Shown: positions 12,066 through 24,240, counted from the first letter of the whole stretch. The stretch: 63,979 nt of DNA, filler included, from Octopus bimaculoides (GCF_001194135.2; 7 parts of 5 records of this genome joined end to end with filler, not necessarily neighbours in it); one strand, 5' to 3'. Translations and numbers: made by a program. Notes: a model not told the origin generated them from the sequence alone.

Positions 12066-12574
12066 GTAGTATCATCTACAACACCGAACGCGAGAGAATG
12101 CAACTCTCGAAGCGAGTCTTCTAAAATCAGGCTCAGCTGTATATCACATGATTTCGTATTTAGTGCACAAAATGCACTCTTTACTCTTCAGCATACGCAC
12201 AGTCAAGACATATAAAACTTAAGAAAAATCAACATACCAGACGAACACCCTATGTATCCAGCATAGTACATAGAAATTGTTTATACCTATATATCTATGT
12301 AAGAGGCGAGCTTTTCGAATTGCATCTCAGTACACATGTTTGTTCAGAATAAAATTCAGCACCGAATATATTCTGGCTAAATTTACAATTTAAATATAGG
12401 ATAAAATCTTTATAAGAATTTATCAAGTAGTTAGCGTCAAAAAACCTCATAAGGGAAACATTTATTAATTATTCCCGATAAATATATTTATTTATATTAA
12501 AGGCCTTACTACACATAGATGCCTCACGCTAGGAGGGACTCTTAAAGTAAAAACTACCATAATGATATATATAT

Positions 12575-12900
12575 GTATGTATGGATAAATAATATGTGAC
12601 AATTATTCGGTAGCCATGATAAAACTCCGAGTTTCGGATGTCGGGGCAGAAACCCACGCTGCCATCTCTTCAGTTATCTGGCCATCGAAAAAAATGCTAT
12701 GAAAATGACCGTTAAACAAAGGGAAATTACTGTGTGATTGACCGTTATTAAGACAAAAGAGCTATTAGAATGACCGCTAAGTGAGGGGAGGGAATAAAGG
12801 TAAGGGAGTAAAAATGTCCATAGTATTTGCGTAAGCGCACAAGTCCATACATACACATGCGCACCCGCACAACTACGGAGTTTTATCATTTTTTGGTCCT
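12575..12900 (-). mobile_element. Probable Penelope-type or non-autonomous retroelement terminus carrying a hammerhead
   Basis: Contains the hammerhead motif and ends in a TA/TACA microsatellite; outer boundary uncertain. Confidence 0.5.
12618..12678 (-). ncRNA. Type I hammerhead ribozyme with intact catalytic core
   Basis: GATAA-CTGAAGA-GATG-GCAG-CGTGGGTTT-CTGC-CCCGA-CATC-C-GAAA-CTCGGAG-TT-TTATC: 5-bp helix I, CUGANGA, helix II, GAAA, short helix III, GUU cleavage triplet. Confidence 0.75.
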
Positions 12901-12974
12901 TTATATAATAATAATTGCCGTTTCAAATCGGAGAATATATTTTATTATGGTATACTATTATGCAGTTATATATA

Positions 12975-13460
12975 TATATGACGACGGCTGCTCCACCTTG
13001 ACAGACGATAGCCATCCCATCAACAATCCACACATATCATCACGCAGTACAATCACTTCGTTGGTGAGCCCTCAAGTGACTTTGAAGTCCGGCTGCCGAA
13101 CGACAAGGTCTACAGCACAGAGGACAAATGTTCAGGCCTCTCGATCCTTGCTCGCTGGTATCTGATTCTAAGGAAACGCCTCTGTGAACCAGCATATGTC
13201 TCTTAAGTCCGGGTATTGTTTTACAAACCTTGTGACACATGCCACATGTCGCAGAAGGCGGTTGGTATTTAGGGTGTCTGGAATTTCTACCCTCATGTGT
13301 TTTCATGTGATTCACATATCCTGCTTTTGACAGAAGAACGCGATCACATACAGTACACATCCTATACTCTCCATTGTTTACAATTTTTCCCTTTCGACAG
13401 GCCCGCTTAAGCTCAAGTTGCTGAAGCATCTTTTCCTCCCAGACATCACAGCTCGTCCTG
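12975..13460 (-). mobile_element. 3' end of an RTE-like LINE encoding three C-terminal C2H2 zinc fingers
   Basis: WEEKMLQQLELKRACRK followed by three Cx2Cx12Hx3H fingers, the last CPLCCRPCRSAAGLQSHLRAH (RTE-type terminal finger); short 3' UTR ending GCCGTCGTC(AT)n; no TGEKP linkers; truncated by a gap. Confidence 0.7.
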
Positions 13461-13799
13461 NNNNNNNNNNNNNNNNNNNNNNNNNNNNNNNNNNNNNNNN
13501 NNNNTTAATTAATTAANNNNNNNNNNNNNNNNNNNNNNNNNNNNNNNNNNNNNNNNNNNNATTCCGATACCCAGCTAATGATGTAAGTCAGTGTCGATTC
13601 CAGCGGGATTTAGTCTGTGAGAATCGAAAAACTTAATATTCCTTGCTGCTGCTGTTGTTGTTGTTGTTGTTGTTGTTGATTACGTAGCGATCAGACTCGA
13701 TCGACTAGTTTTATGATTAAAAGCTCTCCAGATGTGACCATCCCGTTCACTTGCTGTTTCTTTATTCTTAGATTGATGTGTAGGGCATTATGGACGAAA

Positions 13800-14280
13800 T
13801 TTTTCACTGTGTGTATGTGAGTGCGCGCGTATGTATGTGACTGCGTGTGTGTGTGTGTGTGTCTATTGTGAGTGCGCGCATGTGTATTTGAGTGCATGTG
13901 TGTGCATGTGTGTGTATGTGTGAATGCGCGCGTATGCATGTGACTGCATGTGTGTGTGGGTGTGTTTATGTGTTAGTGCGCGCGTATGTATGTAACTGCG
14001 TGTGTATGTTTAATTGTGAGTGTGCGCGCATGTATGTGAGTGCGTATGTGTGCATGTGAGTGCGTTCGTGTGCATACGAGAACGTGCGTATGTATGTGAG
14101 TGCGTGTGTGTGGGGGCCAGTATTTATGTGTCAGTGCTTACGTGTGCATGTGTGTGTATGTGTGTGTAGGTGAATGCGCGTGTATGTATGTAACTGTTTG
14201 TGTATGTGTGTTTATGTGTTAGTGCGCGCTTGTGTATGTGAGTGCATGTGTGTGTATGTATGTGTGTCTTTGTGTGTGCG
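13800..14280. repeat. Degenerate GT-rich cryptic repeat
   Basis: Recurring GTGCGCGCGTATGTATGT-like units. Confidence 0.8.
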
Positions 14281-14664
14281 TTTCCCATATTTTTTCAGTA
14301 ATACCTGATGGTATATGCGATATAAGGGAAATTTAGCTATTGTTTCATGCTTGTTGGGAGGCTACGAACACTTTGTCATTTCACCAAAATGACAAAGTGA
14401 CGTCAGCAGTGATAAAACTCGAACTAAGGACCTATTGCCTTACAATGCAATACTGCAAGATATCCCTGGACCAGAAACCTACCATCCTCTACAATTCCTC
14501 TTGTGCACTCATTAACAAAAACATTAATTTCTAATTAATCCCAGAGGACATTCCTTTGAAGGATGAAGTGCACTTAGTACTTTATTAGAAACAAACGGCT
14601 CAATAAAGTCTAATGAATTAAACTTGTATTTATATTTTAATTTACTGCAGCAATAATAAAATTC

Positions 14665-15400
14665 AGGATATAGCAGTGTGGTTATGGGGTTTGTAGTTAT
14701 GACGTGGTTTCAGGTTCTATGTTACTGCACGGCATCTTATGAAAGGTCTCTAATCATATTGCATTACATCTTGTAAAGTTGTTGTTGGTACTCCGTCGCT
14801 TACGACGTGGAAGGTTCCAGTTGATCCGATCAACGGAACAGCCTGCTCGTGAAATTAACGTGCAAGTGGCTAAGTACTCCACAGACACGTGTAATTTTAA
14901 CGTAGTTCTCGGGGAGATTCAGCGTGACACAGTGTGACAAAGCTGACTCTTTGAAATACAGGCACAACAGAAACAGGAATTAAGAGTGAGAGAAAGTTGT
15001 GGTGAAAGAGTGCAGCAGGGTTCGCCACCATCCCTTGCCGGAGCCTCGTGGAGCTTAAGGTATTTTCGCTCAAGAAACACTCACAACGCCCAGTCTGGGA
15101 ATCGAAACCGCGATCCTATGACCGCGAGTCCGCTGCCCTAACCACTGGGTCATTGCGCCTCCACATCTTGTAAAGAACGTTCTGTCTTACTGCACAGCAA
15201 TTTGTAAACAAAGATGTCCGACATTTTGCATAAAGAGTTCTATCTTATTGCACGGCATCTTGTAAACAGTGTTCTGTCTTATTTGCACGGCAGCTTGTAA
15301 AACGTGTTTTATCTGATTCTCTGACATCTTGCCAAAAGAATTCTGTCTTATTGCACGACATATTATAAAAAGAGTTATATCCTATTTCTGGGTATTTTGT
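14665..15400 (+). repeat. About 32-bp minisatellite (GTTCTGTCTTATTGCACGGCATCTTGTAAA..) interrupted by a SINE
   Basis: About two units at 14712-14778 and about six or seven at 15176-15400. Confidence 0.75.
14779..15164 (-). mobile_element. Apparently full-length tRNA-derived SINE, family D, with target-site duplication
   Basis: Head GTGGAGGCGCAATGACCCAGTGGTTAGGG...GGTTTCGATTCCC, (CAA)n tail, flanking ACATCTTGTAAAG at 14766-14778 and 15163-15175. Confidence 0.85.
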
Positions 15401-15429
15401 CAAAGTTTCATCGCATTATCGAGGCAGCA

Positions 15430-15590
15430 GGTTGGTATAGTATTTACAGTGTTGGATAGAATGCCAGATAGATATTTTTTCTGATTCTCTTCGTTCTGGG
15501 TTCAAATCACATTGAGGTAGAATTTGATTTTTATTCTTTATCGGGGATGAATAAATACTAGTCCAGGGTGATTGGTTGATGGGGTGGTAT
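15430..15590 (+). mobile_element. SINE family A, degenerate
   Basis: TTCGTTCTGGGTTCAAATC...TCGGGGATGAATAAATAC. Confidence 0.55.
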
Positions 15591-15766
15591 GAATGTTGGA
15601 CTAAGTGTCATGCAATGTTTGTCCGGCTTCCTGGTTTCGATTCCCGATATGGACCTTAATGATAGTAAACTTAATCCGTCGTCTGGTTTAATACCACCTC
15701 TAACACCTGGTACCTTGAATACTTTTAGTGGAATTCCACCTATTTCAAGTATTCGGGTCAGATCTC
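15558..15766 (-). CDS. Candidate exon, unknown product
   Basis: Within a 79-codon open frame (DLTRILEIGGIPLKVFKVPGVRGGIKPDDGLSLL...); CAG acceptor before 15766 is phase-compatible with exon 16398-16524. Confidence 0.3.
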
Positions 15767-15794
15767 CTGCTCGGGGATTAATTGTAGAATATTG

Positions 15795-15922
15795 ATTTCA
15801 AATTTTGTCACAAGACCAGAAAGTTCGGCATCAATTATATTTGAACCCAGAGCGTAAAGACGGAAAAAATGCCACTAAGCATTTTGCCTGACGTGCTAAC
15901 GTTTCGGCCAGCTCTCCAACTT
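15795..15922 (-). mobile_element. SINE family A, internally deleted
   Basis: TTTGAACCCAGAGCGTAAAGACGG...CTAAGCATTTTG...GCTAACG...GCCAGCTC. Confidence 0.7.
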
Positions 15923-15929
15923 GATTACC

Positions 15930-16075
15930 TTACTCTTTTCCATGTTTCAGTCATTTCACTGCGGCCATGCTGGAGCACCGCCTTTAGTCGAGCAAATCCA
16001 CCCAGGCCTTATTCTTTGTAAGTCTAGTACTTATTCTATCGGTCTCTTTTGTGAGTCATTCGTTTGCTGTTCCCT
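15930..16075 (-). mobile_element. SINE family B, 3' module
   Basis: Near-identical to 40790-40904. Confidence 0.85.
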
Positions 16076-16397
16076 GTTTTTTTTTTTTCCGAAGCATGAA
16101 ATTTATTTAAGCTTACAACAAACAGGTGCATGGCTTTGATATGATTTAACATAGGTGAAAGGCGTCCATCAATTACGAGTCACTGCAGGGACAATGTCTA
16201 TCTCGCTACGATATATATTGCATTTCTAAAACAAGTCTAGGAAGAGATTTTATCTCAGACAAGTCAATAACTTTACGTCTTTTAACTGTGTGAATACATT
16301 GTTTATGATACACAGATATTAATATATACAACGTACAGGAAACGTATATATACATCACTCTGCTTAAATACTGTAACTTCAGATACAATATCCTTAC

Positions 16398-16524
16398 GTA
16401 TCTCACATCTGTTTTCATTCCTCCACTTCACTCTGTATTTCATATCTTTTCTGTAATAATTAGCACTTAAACATTTTCTCGCACCGTCTCTGGTCAAGGG
16501 ATATATAAAATATCCCGGAAACAA
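16398..16524 (-). CDS. Candidate internal exon of an unidentified - strand gene
   Basis: TTACAG acceptor (weak pyrimidine tract), 42 codons LFPGYFIYPLTRDGARKCLSANYYRKDMKYRVKWRNENRCEI plus 1 nt, donor GTAAGG; unique sequence. Confidence 0.5.
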
Positions 16525-16724
16525 CTGTAAGACCTTCTCTTTATGAATGTTGTGAAACCCATTCACAGCCTTGGATATTTTATCTCATTCTATTTATATA
16601 TGTGTGTGTGTGTGTATGTGTGTGTGTGTGTATGTGTGTGTGTGTGTGTATGTATATATGTATGTATGTGTTTGTGTGTTCTGTGTGTGTGTATCTATCT
16701 ATCTATCTATCCGTATGTGTGTGC

Positions 16725-16766
<42 letters not shown>

Positions 16767-16894
16767 GCCGTATTTTACAATTTTGTAAATAATAATAACG
16801 GTAGTGTAAATAATAACTATATTTTTATATAAGCTTAAATCTTACGTTGATCACCGTGCAATGACTTACTAACTCCACGTGAATATGACGTATG

Positions 16895-16937
<43 letters not shown>

Positions 16938-17194
16938 GTATATAATTATAAATGTATGTATGTTTGTATGTATGTATGTGTGTATGTATAAGGCATGTAT
17001 TTAGTCGTAGTGTGTCTAAAGTCTGTGAATTTGCTGACGGAATTTTGACAACGAAAACGAAAATAATTGTGATCTATATTATGGTATCGAGTACTCTTTC
17101 TTCCAACAGCCAATACTAACCACACACACATACACACACATGCATATATATACCTGTGTATTTATATATATATATATATACGTCTCTCTCTCTG

Positions 17195-17231
<37 letters not shown>

Positions 17232-17779
17232 GTATTATGTACGTACAATTATATGAATATACATAAATAGGTCTGTGTGTATTGTGCATTGTGTGTGTGT
17301 GTGTGTTTGTATACTTCAGTTTTAGCTATTGCAATTATTCATATATTAATTCTTAACGCCATCTGAACATAAAGATATTTCCTATGAGATTTTAAAATAT
17401 TTCATTCATTTCCTGGTTTCATTCACTAGAATACAACCAGGTTGGCACCACATTCAATTTTGATTTTATTTCCTCAATTACTTTCAAATAGCTACGCCAT
17501 AAGCATTAACGGTCAGTAGAATTTCAATAGAATCAAGTAATTTGATATCACGAACGTAACATATTCCTTGTCGTTGTATTTATAGCCCAGGTTAAATAAA
17601 TCGCTCCGTTAATGTGATATTTCTTCTTTATTTTACATTATGTTTCAATAGGACCATAGCCACACCAGATTGGTTTACGTTCCCTTAATCTGCATATATA
17701 TATGTGTATATGTATTCTACGCCTACAGCTCTCCCATAAACAGTGGGTATATAAGATTGATGGATGGGGGAATAGATTT

Positions 17780-18370
17780 CATTGCGCGTGGCATTGTTGT
17801 AAGTTTGCTTCCCAACCACATGGTTCCAGATTCAGTCCTTGAGCAAGTGTCATCTCCTATAGCCTCGAGCAGACGATAGCCTTGTGAGTGGATTTGGTAT
17901 GGTAGACAGAAGCTCAAAGAAGTCCGTCATCCCTACGTTCGAAACGCGGAGTAGATAAAACAGGAAACAACTGATGAAGGGAATGTTCTTTATGTTGTAT
18001 GTCTCGTTTCTCTAGTTGTTTCTTTCGTTCTTCGTTTACTATTTTTTTTTTCATGTTCTCGTTTCTCTTTTTGTTCACGTTTTTTTTATGTCCTGTACCC
18101 ATATATGCATGTATATATGCATATATATGTACGTATGTACATATATGTTTGTATATATGCATATATTCATATATTATATATTATGGAGATTTGTGTATGT
18201 GTGTGTGTGTGTGTGTTTATAGCTGTGTTTGTCCTCCACCAACCGCTTGACAACCAGTGTTGGTGTATTTACATCCTCTTGACTTAACGGTTCGGCAAAA
18301 GAGAGCGACATAAGTTACAGATTTTTAAAAAAAAACAGTACTGGAATCAAATCGTTCGACTAAAATTCTT
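17780..18370 (+). mobile_element. SINE family B split by an inserted fragment and microsatellites
   Basis: Head 17780-17925 (CCCAACCACATGGTTCC...GCCTTGTGAGTGGATTTGG); 3' module 18195-18370. Confidence 0.7.
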
Positions 18371-18793
18371 CGCACACATACAACCGTATACTTTTGTGTA
18401 TGTTGTGTACATATAAAATGGATGACGGCGATTAAACCAGCTATTAAAATTTTAGCTTCAATATTCCTGGAAGGTTCGAGGCGGTAGAATCGTCAGGCAC
18501 GTCCTCCTTAATATCCTATCAGAAGCAATCCTTAATACACTTTCCAGTTGGATTTCCAAGCGTGGTCAACTCAGACTATGGATATGGCTGCAATCCAGCC
18601 ATTTCTTTCTTAGTCTACATTTATGGTACCTGCTGGATGGTCCTGTTTGGGGCGGGGGCCATCGTACGTCTTTTCCCGGCGACGTTCTAGTCGTGAGTCT
18701 ATAGTGAGTCTAAGGGGTTGGGATCTCTTCGTTGTGGCCTGGATTTTTAAACCAATTTTAATATTTTTAGAAAAATTAAGACATAAATAGATG

Positions 18794-19534
18794 TATTGGT
18801 TTGAGTCATTAATAATTTCCGATTTTGTTAAACGCAATTTTCTCATGAAAAAACTTTACAAATAATTATTTTCAATTATCAGTATAGTTGCCATTATTTT
18901 GAACGACCTCTTGCCATTTATAATTCCTCTCTTTTTTAAGCTTTTTAATTCCTCTCCAGTAAAATTTATCTGGCTTCGACATGAGGAAGTTTTCCACTTA
19001 CGTCTTCACGTGATCTTTATGAGAAAAAATTTTTTTTCATTAGAGCATTTTGTAGAGAACGAAAAAGATGGAAATCAGTTGTTGCAAGGTCCAGTAAATA
19101 TGGTTGACCGAGTAGAACAGATGGACGGGGTTGAACAGACCAGCTCTGATCCAATATTTTATCCTGTGTGATTGTTGCTGAATGTGGTCTTGCATTGTCA
19201 TGGGAAAGCACAACGTTTCTCCTATTGACGAGTACTAAGCGTTTTCTTAAAAGATTTTCATACCCAAGTTGCAGGTGTTGCGATATAAGTCGGAATTTCG
19301 TGTTTGATTACGGTTTAAACACTCAAAATAAATAATACCGCGTGACCCCCATCATGCACACAACACAAACTTCCTTCCATGGAGCTCAGCCTTTGAAATA
19401 AATTTTGAAGATTTATCCTTGACAACCCACTGCTTTTTGCGTTGAACATTTTCTTAAAAGACCCATTTTTCATCACCTGTAATGATATTATTTCAGTTTC
19501 CGTCCACCAAATCTACTGTCTCCTCGGCCTGAGG
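18794..19534 (-). mobile_element. Mariner transposon, degenerate transposase C-terminal half plus TIR
   Basis: HDNARPH and a YSPDLAPxDYHLF-like motif (YLLDLATTDFHLFRSLQN); terminus TA|TTGGTTTGAG...; runs into a gap. Confidence 0.85.
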
Positions 19535-19967
19535 TNNNNNNNNNNNNNNNNNNNNNNNNNNNNNNNNNNNNNNNNNNNNNNNNNNNNNNNNNNNNNNNNN
19601 NNNNNNNNNNNNNNNNNNNNNNNNNNNNNNNNNNNNNNNNNNNNNNNNNNNNNNNNNNNNNNNNNNNNNNNNNNNNNNNNNNNNNNNNNNNNNNNNNNNN
19701 NNNNNNNNNNNNNNNNNNNNNNNNNNNNNNNNNNNNNNNNNNNNNNNNNNNNNNNNNNNNNNNNNNNNNNNNNNNNNNNNNNNNNNNNNNNNNNNNNNNN
19801 NNNNNNNNNNNNNNNNNNNNNNNNNNNNNNNNNNNNNNNNNNNNNNNNNNNNNNNNNNNNNNNNNNNNNNNNNNNNNNNNNNNNNNNNNNNNNNNNNNNN
19901 NNNNNNNNNNNNNNNNNNNNNNNNNNNNNNNNNNNNNNNNNNNNNNNNNNNNNNNNNNNNNNNNNNN

Positions 19968-20004
<37 letters not shown>

Positions 20005-20491
20005 GTATGTATGTATAATGAATGCATGTGTTCTTGTGTTGTGTGTGACTCTGCATGTCTTAGTGCTGTGTGAATGCGCATGGTGTGTGCATGAGAATAT
20101 TTCATGCATACGGTGAACGGGATTAAACATTAGGACAATGACTTCCTCCAAAACCGCGCATTGCTTTGACAATACACACCAATCATTTGAAAAGAAATGA
20201 CTCATAACCTTTCAAACCGCATTTGGCGGGGTTTCAGGCCATCACATGGCATCTGGCGTCAATTGATATCGATTATGCACAAGGAAGGTCTTTTTTCAAA
20301 GTTCATCAGAAGGAATTTAGGCGTGTTTTGTCACTTAGGAGTTAGTGTCAAGAGTCAAAGGCGTTGATATTTTCTACGCCATTTTCCTTTTTTCTGTTTC
20401 GTATTTTGTATAAGGACGGGAAATAGGGAACATACAGCAGTCTAACTTCTGACTAAACAATAATTATATGAGGTCATGACTGTGTTTGTCG

Positions 20492-20569
<78 letters not shown>

Positions 20570-20721
20570 ATATATANNNNNNNNNNNNNNNNNNNNNNNN
20601 NNNNNNNNNNNNNNNNNNNNNNNNNNNNNNNNNNNNNNNNNNNNNNNNNNNNNNNNNNNNNNNNNNNNNNNNNNNNNNATCGTTCACTCTGTCAACCTAT
20701 CTATCTCTTTGTCTATCGGAC

Positions 20722-20880
20722 GCGCAGGCGTGAATATGTGGTAAAAAGCTGACATCTAATCCACACCCATCCAGATGATTCCCGGTTCAGTCCCACTGCG
20801 TGAAACCTTGGGTAAGTGCCTCCGATTATAGATTTATGAGTAGATTTAATATAGGGAAACTGGAAATAGCCCGTCCTGTA
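20722..20880 (+). mobile_element. SINE family B head
   Basis: GGTTCAGTCCCACTGCGTGAAACCTTGGG. Confidence 0.7.
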
Positions 20881-21099
20881 TATACGCACAAAACTCCCAG
20901 CCCGTGAGTTACTCTATTACTTCTGCTAAATATTAATTAAAATATACATATACTCCTATTTTGATTTCTATTTTTCCTGTTTGTATCAACATACCTATAT
21001 ACATACCTACCTACATATATACATACATATATACATACATATATAAGGAGTAGACACCACTATATATATTTCTGTATATAAATGGAATAAAAACGCAAT

Positions 21100-21480
21100 A
21101 GGGGACATTAAAACATTCGGACATTAGACGATACAAAGGTGAACAAGAGAAACGACAATTAAAAGGACAGGTATAACGAACGACGGGTCATTCGTGGCTT
21201 TCTTTCCTCAGTCAAGTTACCAGAAGTCGTTACTGTTTCGGGCAGTTATAGTTTAGGTGGTTCGATCTACTTGCCCCCGCAAATTCTAAGCTAAGAGCAT
21301 TAGACCCCTTTGTAAGAAAGCTAGCGAATGCGTACAGGAACAAAGACAAAAAACGGAGAACACAATTACGAATACAAACAACAAGAAATAACAACAGGCG
21401 TCTTTCGACTGAGAGCGAATCAAATTGATCTGGCGTGTATAAAGTGAAAGCCTAAAGGCAGGAACATAGAAGATGGCCAT
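21100..21480 (-). mobile_element. Diverged copy of the repeat segment at 1700-2060 (probable Penelope-type terminus)
   Basis: Shared GACGGGTCATTCG, CTAAGCTAA, GAAAGC(T)AGCGAATG, CTTTCGAC and GGCAGG(G/A)ACATAG in the same order. Confidence 0.7.
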
Positions 21481-22436
21481 AACATATATATATATGGTGG
21501 TTGTTTACTCATTATGCAGATTCTGACCACCTCTTCTACTTACACATGTGGGTTTTTTAAACAGAGAGTTTATTGAAAAGACACCCGCAAAGAGCTGCAG
21601 TTAAGTTCTGAGAAGCTTGCATTAGGTTTGCAGCCCTTATGGTTTGCACGGCATTGAAAGGTGTGCCCAGATATATAGACAGATTAGTTGGTGGGGGTTT
21701 GTTTTTCATGGGTCCGTATGTATGTCATTATTCAGTTTATTTCAAAATTTCTTGTTAATTGAGAAAGAACCGGTTTCTAACCTAGATCCAAGGCTCCTTC
21801 ATTGGAATTTCAACATCAACATCAGGGTAGTTTATATATATGTTTGTATGTATGTATGTATGTATGTATGTATGTATGTATGTATGTATGTGCAGATTTC
21901 ACCCGCTCTCTCGCTATCTCTTACTCTCACTCTCTTTCGTTTTCTTCCTTCTTCTGTCTCTCTGTTTCACCATTCTTTCCACATGTTCCGCATCCTTATG
22001 CGCGTGTATTTGTCTGTATATGAAGACCAATGAGAAGCAACCTAGCAGCAATAGAGACAGAGAGTTGTGCAGAAAGAGAGTAAGAGAGAAAGAGTAAAAG
22101 CAAACGCTAGGTGCAAAGCGTTGCATCGCTCAGAGCCATGCACACGCAATGCAGTGCTAAAACACGTAATTCTAATATATGGGTGTTCACCTTTGTTTTC
22201 CTGTTGTTATGTGTTTCTGCAAAAATTTGATTTCTGTGGAATCTATTCACAGTTCCGGTGTTCTATATCCTACCACCAGGTGAGTCAGTACTGCAAACCA
22301 ACCGCTCATCCATCATTCCAGCTATGGTTTAGACCTTTTGCCCTCTTCTTCGTCCTCACTAATCATCACTGTTGCACAATCTAGATTAATCAGAACGTAG
22401 GATGTATATATATATATATAAATACACACACACACA

Positions 22437-22470
<34 letters not shown>

Positions 22471-22858
22471 NNNNNNNNNNNNNNNNNNNNNNNNNNNNNN
22501 NNNNNNNNNNNNNNNNNNNNNNNNNNNNNNNNNNNNNNNNNNNNNNNNNNNNNNNNNNNNNNNNNNNNNNNNNNNNNNNNNNNNNNNNNNNNNNNNNNNN
22601 NNNNNNNNNNNNNNNNNNNNNNNNNNNNNNNNNNNNNNNNNNNNNNNNNNNNNNNNNNNNNNNNNNNNNNNNNNNNNNNNNNNNNNNNNNNNNNNNNNNN
22701 NNNNNNNNNNNNNNNNNNNNNNNNNNNNNNNNNNNNNNNNNNNNNNNNNNNNNNNNNNNNNNNNNNNNNNNNNNNNNNNNNNNNNNNNNNNNNNNNNNNN
22801 NNNNNNNNNNNNNNNNNNNNNNNNNNNNNNNNNNNNNNNNNNNNNNNNNNNNNNNNNN

Positions 22859-22902
<44 letters not shown>

Positions 22903-23819
22903 TAATACACTCGCACACATACACAAACAGGTATGTATGCGTATGAATACATGGCTCACAAAAACATATGTAAATACGAAGCGATGCAAAGCAATGTAGA
23001 AGTGAGAGAAAAAGGTAGAAAGACGATGATTGTGGTCGTTACGTGCTTGGCATTAAATAAAATAAAACAGAATAAAACAAGATAAAACAAAAACAATGGA
23101 AACAATTAAGAGTAGTAATAATAATAATAATAATAACAACAACGGCAACAACTAACATATAAACAAAAATAAATTTAAACTAAAACAAGCAGACAAAACA
23201 GCAACAAAATGAACGAAAGTTAGCAACACCATCCGCAACAACAATAGCAATTCCAAGAACGAAAACGACGTCGACAAATGCAACAACGACAAATATATAC
23301 GAAACTACAACAAAAGACGAAACAGAAGATAAAAACAACAAAACTAGTGGCAGAAACAATAGAGTGATCGATCGATCGAACGGGCTTCCAGTTCCAGCGA
23401 CATGTAACTCTTTGCCGCAGTTTGATTGTTGGCTGTTATATGTAAATATAGTCCCCTGAGAAGCCTATATTCCAGTTGAATAAGTGGATATGCTCATTCG
23501 AGGCTGGAGTATGCGGAATCGTTCGGAGATCTGTATGTGTATATATGTGTGTCTGTGTACTCATGTACGCAGACACATATGCATGTATGTTCAGAAGTGT
23601 GTCTGTGTGTATTCGTGTGTCACTGTGTACATATATATATATATATATATNNNNNNNNNNNNNNNNNNNNNNNNNNNNNNNNNNNNNNNNNNNNTTAATT
23701 AATTAANNNNNNNNNNNNNNNNNNNNNNNNNNNNNNNNNNNNNNNNNNNNATATACATGCACACATAAACACACACATGTATATATACATATATATACAT
23801 GTATATATTTACATAGTGA

Positions 23820-24240
23820 AACTATGAAAAGCGAAACAAAGTAAAATTGAAGCTATTTATAACTTACTCCGTCGAAAGTTTCACTTTTATTATTTGAGTT
23901 TTGAGACGTAATACGGAACCCACGCCAATGTTGCATTCTTTTAATCCCCCAAAATTACATTTTGACACTCCTGGGCGTCTCATAGTATTGCCATGTTAAA
24001 TTTGATTTCATTTGGTTGAGCCGTTTGAGAATGCATTGGGAACAGACAGAGATACAAAAGGTTTTTTATATATATTTTAGATATAAAAACAAACATTGAC
24101 GTGTCTTATTAATCAGTGTATCTATCATACAATTTGAGTTTCACGCCCTCTGCAATCTCGAAGCAAGAAACCAAAAGTTTTCCCCAAAGGATCGCATCAG
24201 CATGAAACTCGAGTTGCGAAATAAACATTCAAATTCAAAA
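23820..24240 (+). mobile_element. Probable Helitron-derived non-autonomous repeat interior
   Basis: AAATTTGATTTCATTTGGTTGAGCCGTTTGAG...ACAGACAG resembles the AAATTTC...AGCCGTTT...ACAGAC pattern of such elements; recalled, not verified. Confidence 0.35.

Noticed and set aside
12200-12300. - strand candidate exon ending CTG|GTATGT at about 12240
   Set aside because: Poor acceptor, and joining it to 8659 would create TGA; no SECIS evidence to invoke selenocysteine.
15095-15164. tRNA-like sequences (also 4797-4860 and the family A and B heads)
   Set aside because: A/B boxes are present, but they run into SINE bodies and lack a complete acceptor stem, so they are not tRNA genes.
17930-18000. GAAACGCGGAGTA followed by CTGATGAAGGG
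   Set aside because: Core halves are in an order needing a helix I hairpin that is absent; at best half of a truncated ribozyme.
18420-18730. GC-richer segment, possible RTE fragment
   Set aside because: No convincing motif in any frame; left unclassified.
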